A stretch of 10,412 nt of DNA from an uncultured Deinococcales bacterium (lineage in GTDB: Bacteria > Deinococcota > Deinococci > Deinococcales > JAAFIG01), in the NCBI GenBank assembly GCA_964247135.1, contig CAXTTL010000173.1, forward strand, positions 1-10,412, given 5' to 3'. The notes beneath the pieces are model-generated. The model searched no databases, had not been told where the DNA came from, and saw nothing but the letters and a program-made list of their open reading frames with translations. Position 1 is the stretch's first letter, and every line of letters starts with the position of its first letter. A program made the position numbers and the translations under genes. Shown in pieces: positions 7,011-10,412 of this stretch.

Positions 7011-7069
7011 GTAGGGTGCGCCGTGCGCACCGTCGTTAACATGTTCTCGGTGCGCACGGTGCACCCTAC
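7011..7069. repeat. GTAG-family REP doublet in inverted orientation (REPIN-like)
   Basis: GTAGGGTGCGCCGTGCGCACCG (7011-7032) and CGGTGCGCACGGTGCACCCTAC (7048-7069) form a 22-bp inverted repeat with 1 mismatch and a 15-nt spacer. Each arm is GTAG plus an internal hairpin (GGTGCGC-CGT-GCGCACC in the left arm). It lies between convergent genes. Confidence 0.85.
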
Positions 7070-7109
7070 AAAACCCGAGTTCCAGACGAAATTTGCGAAA
7101 TCTCGAGCT

Positions 7110-7676
7110 TCAACGTCCTCGAGAAAAATCTGTATCTGAAGTACACGGAACTCGGGCTGGAAACGAACAATACGCAAAACCTGGTTTTCCAGTAGCGAGA
7201 AAATTTTGCAAAAGCGCAAACGAAAAAATTGAATCCCGCCCGATCACGGCGCTCGAGTGACACTGTTTGCAATCGGTCACATCCATATTCGCTTCAACGC
7301 TGCCGTCAGGATTGAACGCGGCGAACGCCCAAGCATCGTTTTTGCTCGAGTTTTGTTTGACCATGACATGCACGTTCTGTTGACCCAAACGACCAAGACT
7401 CGAGCCGTAAAAGGCTTGAATCACCAGCATTGAACCCACGGGAAGCGGCTTGCCATCTCGAGTCGCGTCAATCACATTTTGCGAGGCAAATTCGTCACGG
7501 ATCAAACCGTCTGGGCGTTCCACGGTGGCATATTTGATCAGTTGGATTTGAAAGTTTTTGGGAAACGCAATTTCGTTCACCACGGCTTTTTGCTGCGGCT
7601 CGAGCCAGTACGCGACCAAAGCCAGCGCAATTGCGCCCAGAAAGAAAATGGTTGGAGTCAATTTGGGTTTCAACAT
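7110..7676 (-). CDS. Exported mono-heme c-type cytochrome, cytochrome P460/c'-beta family
   Basis: N-terminal hydrophobic signal or anchor. Family-like motifs PLPVGSMLV, VMVK, WAFAAF..DG, a C-terminal CKQCH (7257-7271) and D-x-IFS. ATG 7674-7676 to TGA 7110-7112. Confidence 0.8.
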   Translation of the reverse strand: MLKPKLTPTIFFLGAIALALVAYWLEPQQKAVVNEIAFPKNFQIQLIKYATVERPDGLIRDEFASQNVIDATRDGKPLPVGSMLVIQAFYGSSLGRLGQQNVHVMVKQNSSKNDAWAFAAFNPDGSVEANMDVTDCKQCHSSAVIGRDSIFSFALLQNFLATGKPGFAYCSFPARVPCTSDTDFSRGR

Positions 7677-7743
7677 TTTTGTTACGCAAGATTCGCCGCA
7701 AACGTTCAGTCCCCCAAGTTTAACCGAATAGAATGCGATCAGA

Positions 7744-8535
7744 ATGTCATTGGCTCAACTTACATTTTTAGGCTCGAGTGATTCTCAAGGTGTGCCGCGT
7801 TGGTGGTGCAATTGCGAGGTTTGCTCGGAGGCTCGAGTCACCAAAATCAACGCCCGAACCCGCCCGAGTGTGCTGCTCGAGCTTGAGGGTGTGAACGTTT
7901 TGATTGATGTCAGCCCAGAATTTCGGATTCAAGCCACCCGAGAGAATTTACGGAACCTCGAGACGGTGCTGATTACCCATGCGCACAACGACCATATTTT
8001 GGGTTTGGGTGATGTGCTCGATTACCTGCGTCATGAAGGTGCGAACACCCAGATTTACGCACCCGAAAGTGTACTGCCGCAACTCGAGCAACGTTTTGCA
8101 TACGCTTTTAAGGGGAAATACGCCTCGAGGTTTCATGCCTTTCCCGAAGTCCTCGAACTTTATGGTTGGAAAATCACCGCGTTTGAAGTTCCGCACGGTT
8201 TTAACGGTACGGCAAATGCCTTTAAACTCGAGCGTCACGGCAAAACTTGGGTGTATTGCTCCGATTCGATTGGACTCAGTGATGAGCTTCTCGAGCAGCA
8301 TTTTCAAAACCTCGAGCTGCTGATTTTGGGCACGAGTTTCTGGGATGAATCCAGCGCCGATTACGCGGGTCGTAGCGTTTACGATGTGCTCGAGGCGCTC
8401 GAGGTGGTGGAAAAGATCAAACCTGTCAAAACAGTCTTCACTCACCTTGGACACGGGGTGGACGCTCGAGATGCAGATAAACTCCCAGCAAACGTTTCAA
8501 TCGCGCAGGACGGCTTAAAACTCGAGTTGTGGTGA
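7744..8535 (+). CDS. MBL-fold metallo-hydrolase, PhnP-like phosphodiesterase subfamily
   Basis: LGSSDSQGVP..CNCEVC (structural Zn Cys cluster), LIDVSP, THAHNDH (HxHxDH), VPHG, YCSD and FTHLGH. A -10-like TAGAAT at 7729-7734 lies close to the ATG. Confidence 0.9.
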   Translation: MSLAQLTFLGSSDSQGVPRWWCNCEVCSEARVTKINARTRPSVLLELEGVNVLIDVSPEFRIQATRENLRNLETVLITHAHNDHILGLGDVLDYLRHEGANTQIYAPESVLPQLEQRFAYAFKGKYASRFHAFPEVLELYGWKITAFEVPHGFNGTANAFKLERHGKTWVYCSDSIGLSDELLEQHFQNLELLILGTSFWDESSADYAGRSVYDVLEALEVVEKIKPVKTVFTHLGHGVDARDADKLPANVSIAQDGLKLELW

Positions 8536-8536
8536 A

Positions 8537-8932
8537 TCACTCGAGGTCGCGCGGTCCAAAACCCGCTGGTAACAATTCAGAAACACTAAAAACCCGAGTT
8601 TCGTTCTTGTCGTTGACCATGACCACCTCAGCGTTTTCGCCAAACTCGAACATGATTTGTCGGCACGCGCCGCAGGGCGAACTTGGCGGGCTGGCGAGGG
8701 TGTAAACCACGGCTTTGCTAAACCCCCGAGTGCCTTCGGAAACCATCTTTTGAATGGCGGTTTGCTCCGCGCACCTCGAGAGTCCGTAACTGGCATTTTC
8801 GACGTTGCAACCGGCGTAAATTTTGCCGTCAACGCCCAGCAGCGCCGCGCCGACGTGAAATCTCGAGTACGGGGCGTAAGCGCGGTCAAAGGCGGTTTTG
8901 GCGGCTGCCAGCAATTCTGGGTCGATGTTCAT
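8537..8932 (-). CDS. cdd: Cytidine deaminase (homotetrameric type)
   Basis: AYAPYSRFHVGAAL, GCNVENASYG, CAE and PCGACRQ (three Cys zinc ligands), ELLP..F. Confidence 0.97.
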   Translation of the reverse strand: MNIDPELLAAAKTAFDRAYAPYSRFHVGAALLGVDGKIYAGCNVENASYGLSRCAEQTAIQKMVSEGTRGFSKAVVYTLASPPSSPCGACRQIMFEFGENAEVVMVNDKNETRVFSVSELLPAGFGPRDLE

Positions 8933-8937
8933 GGCTC

Positions 8938-8943
8938 AGTTTA
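8938..8943 (-). promoter_or_regulatory. -10 hexamer TAAACT 5 nt upstream of the cdd ATG (putative leaderless promoter)
   Basis: Minus strand reads TAAACT-GAGCC-ATG with no SD. This is the usual geometry of leaderless transcripts, which are common in Deinococcota. Confidence 0.45.
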
Positions 8944-8961
8944 CCCATAAATGTCAAGCTT

Positions 8962-10323
8962 TTAGGTTGCGCCCTCACTGGCGGCTTGATTGTTCTTATC
9001 GGTTTCGGGCGGTTGGTTTTCGTCTTGTTTTTTGGTCACGCGAACCTTCAAAATACGGCGTTCATCGGCTTCTTCGATCTGAAAGACCCAACCTTCAAAC
9101 TCGGTCTCCTCGCCCTGCTGCGGAATATAACCAAATTGATGGTAGATAAAGCCAGAGAGCGTGTCGAATTCACCCTCGAGTTCCTCGCCAACGTCGATGC
9201 CCAGCGCGTGTTCGACCTGATCGATTTTCATGCTGGCTTCAAGCACCATCACGCCGTCCTCGAGTTGTTCGATCTGACTGACCTCGGGTTCGTCGCTTTC
9301 ATCGTAAATCTCGCCGACCAGCTCCTCGAGTAAATCCTCTAAAGTCACCACGCCTGCCGTGCCGTCGAATTCGTCGACCACGATTGCCATGTGCATTTTT
9401 TTCTCTTTGAGTTTGCGCAGCAATTCTGGCACGCGCATGGTTTCTGGAGCAAAATAGGTTTCGTGAACGATGTCGCGCACCTTCACGTGCTCGAGTTCAT
9501 TTAAATGCTTTAAAACCTCGGAGATTTTCACCACGCCAATAATGTGGTCGGTGGTGTCCTCATACACGGGCAACCTCGAGTAATTGTGCTCCCAATCCAG
9601 CTCGAGCAATTCTTTTAGTGTGGCGTCGGCTTCTATCGCAATCATTTTTGGGCGCGGCGTCATGACGCGGCGCAGGGTCGTGTCGGTCAGGTCAAAGACC
9701 TTGTAAACCAATTCTTTCTCGTCATTCTCGAGCACGCCCTGTTCGCTCGAGGCGTTCACGATCATGCGAATCTCTTCTTCGGAGTGCGCGGTGTGATGAC
9801 CCGACACGGCTTTGACGCCGAACAAACCAATGATCCCGCCACCGATCCACGCCAACATCCTCGAGAGTGGACCGAAGACCCAGGCGAAGCCCATCAGTGG
9901 AATAATCAAGAACATTGCCAGGGTTTCGGCGCGTTGAATGGCGAGCGATTTGGGCACGAGTTCGGCAAAAATCACGGCGATAAAGCTCGAGATCAGCAAA
10001 CTGATGATCGTGGCGATGGTTTTGATCGAACCCTCAGCCACGCCAAAACTGAGGAGCGGTCCTTCAAACAGGCGTCCAAGGGCTGGTTCGGCAACAATAC
10101 CCGTCGCGATGCTGGCGACCGTGATGCCCAGTTGGGTGGCGGCAATGTAAAAACCAATGTTTTCGACCGCTTTTTGCACCAATTTGGCTCGGGCATTGCC
10201 CTCATCGACCAGTTGATCGATACGGGTTTTGCGAATGGAAACCAGAGAGTACTCGGCTGCGACAAAAAAAGCGTTCAGCAGAATTAGCAAAATCAATAAA
10301 CTTAAACCGACGGCATCCGACAT
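8962..10323 (-). CDS. Hemolysin-family / CNNM-CorC membrane protein (DUF21 TM domain + 2 CBS + CorC_HlyC domain)
   Basis: NAFFVAAEYSLVSIR, TQLGIT, ELVPKSLA, SEEEIR, VMTPR, YSRLPVY, AIVVDEFDGTAGVVTLEDLLEELVGEIYDE and DTLSGF...IP. GAGGAG SD on the minus strand at 10333-10338. Confidence 0.95.
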   Translation of the reverse strand: MSDAVGLSLLILLILLNAFFVAAEYSLVSIRKTRIDQLVDEGNARAKLVQKAVENIGFYIAATQLGITVASIATGIVAEPALGRLFEGPLLSFGVAEGSIKTIATIISLLISSFIAVIFAELVPKSLAIQRAETLAMFLIIPLMGFAWVFGPLSRMLAWIGGGIIGLFGVKAVSGHHTAHSEEEIRMIVNASSEQGVLENDEKELVYKVFDLTDTTLRRVMTPRPKMIAIEADATLKELLELDWEHNYSRLPVYEDTTDHIIGVVKISEVLKHLNELEHVKVRDIVHETYFAPETMRVPELLRKLKEKKMHMAIVVDEFDGTAGVVTLEDLLEELVGEIYDESDEPEVSQIEQLEDGVMVLEASMKIDQVEHALGIDVGEELEGEFDTLSGFIYHQFGYIPQQGEETEFEGWVFQIEEADERRILKVRVTKKQDENQPPETDKNNQAASEGAT

Positions 10324-10412
10324 CTTTGGCGTCTCCTCAAAACGCCTGCGTTCCTCGAGCGAAACTCCTCGAGAACGCGTTTTGCTTCAGCCCAAATGCA
10401 GGCTGAGCAAAC

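Larger units (their letters stand above)
148..10373. repeat. Highly iterated palindrome CTCGAG (about 79 dispersed copies)
   Basis: Manual count of about 79 exact CTCGAG, first at 148 and last at 10368, in coding and intergenic DNA. About 2.5-3 are expected from base composition. Confidence 0.9.

Noticed and set aside
7744-8535. Calling the MBL protein a beta-lactamase or assigning phnP
   Set aside because: The motifs fit the PhnP-like phosphodiesterase subfamily, not resistance enzymes. No phn operon is adjacent, so no symbol was assigned.
8952-8957. TTGACA (minus strand) as the -35 of the cdd promoter
   Set aside because: It is only 8 nt from the TAAACT hexamer, which is incompatible with the 16-18-nt sigma70 spacer.
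148-10373. CTCGAG repeats as a CRISPR array, tandem repeat or cloning (XhoI) artefact
   Set aside because: The sites are only 6 bp, irregularly spaced, and embedded in frame in intact conserved genes without breaking them.

Overview
Bacterial chromosomal window, about 53% GC by eye. It is most likely Deinococcota (Deinococcales-like), inferred from the AroK N-terminus, the hemolysin/CNNM-cdd pair and -10 hexamers placed close to start codons. Gene order: 3' end of a DUF985-type cupin (+); a large secreted lipoprotein gene (lipobox-FN3-Ig-like-VWD[GDPH]-CARDB-alpha/beta C-domain, 518..3406, +) split by one in-frame TAG at 998-1000; an intrinsic terminator; a non-heme haloperoxidase/perhydrolase and msrB (+); aroK-aroB (+); a GTAG-type REP doublet; a cytochrome P460/c'-beta family heme protein (-); a PhnP-like MBL hydrolase (+); cdd and a hemolysin/CNNM CBS-domain protein (-). 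Main unexplained signals: (1) CTCGAG occurs about 79 times by manual count against about 3 expected, a HIP1-like highly iterated palindrome with uneven density between genes; (2) the single amber codon in an otherwise intact 962-codon VWD lipoprotein frame; (3) a 32-nt hairpin flanked by 5-bp direct repeats nested in a REP-like element; (4) two promoters with 11-bp-period direct repeats, one in front of an unannotated 21-aa ORF with a YxxPxI leader-like motif. All counts and family assignments are manual; no searches were run.
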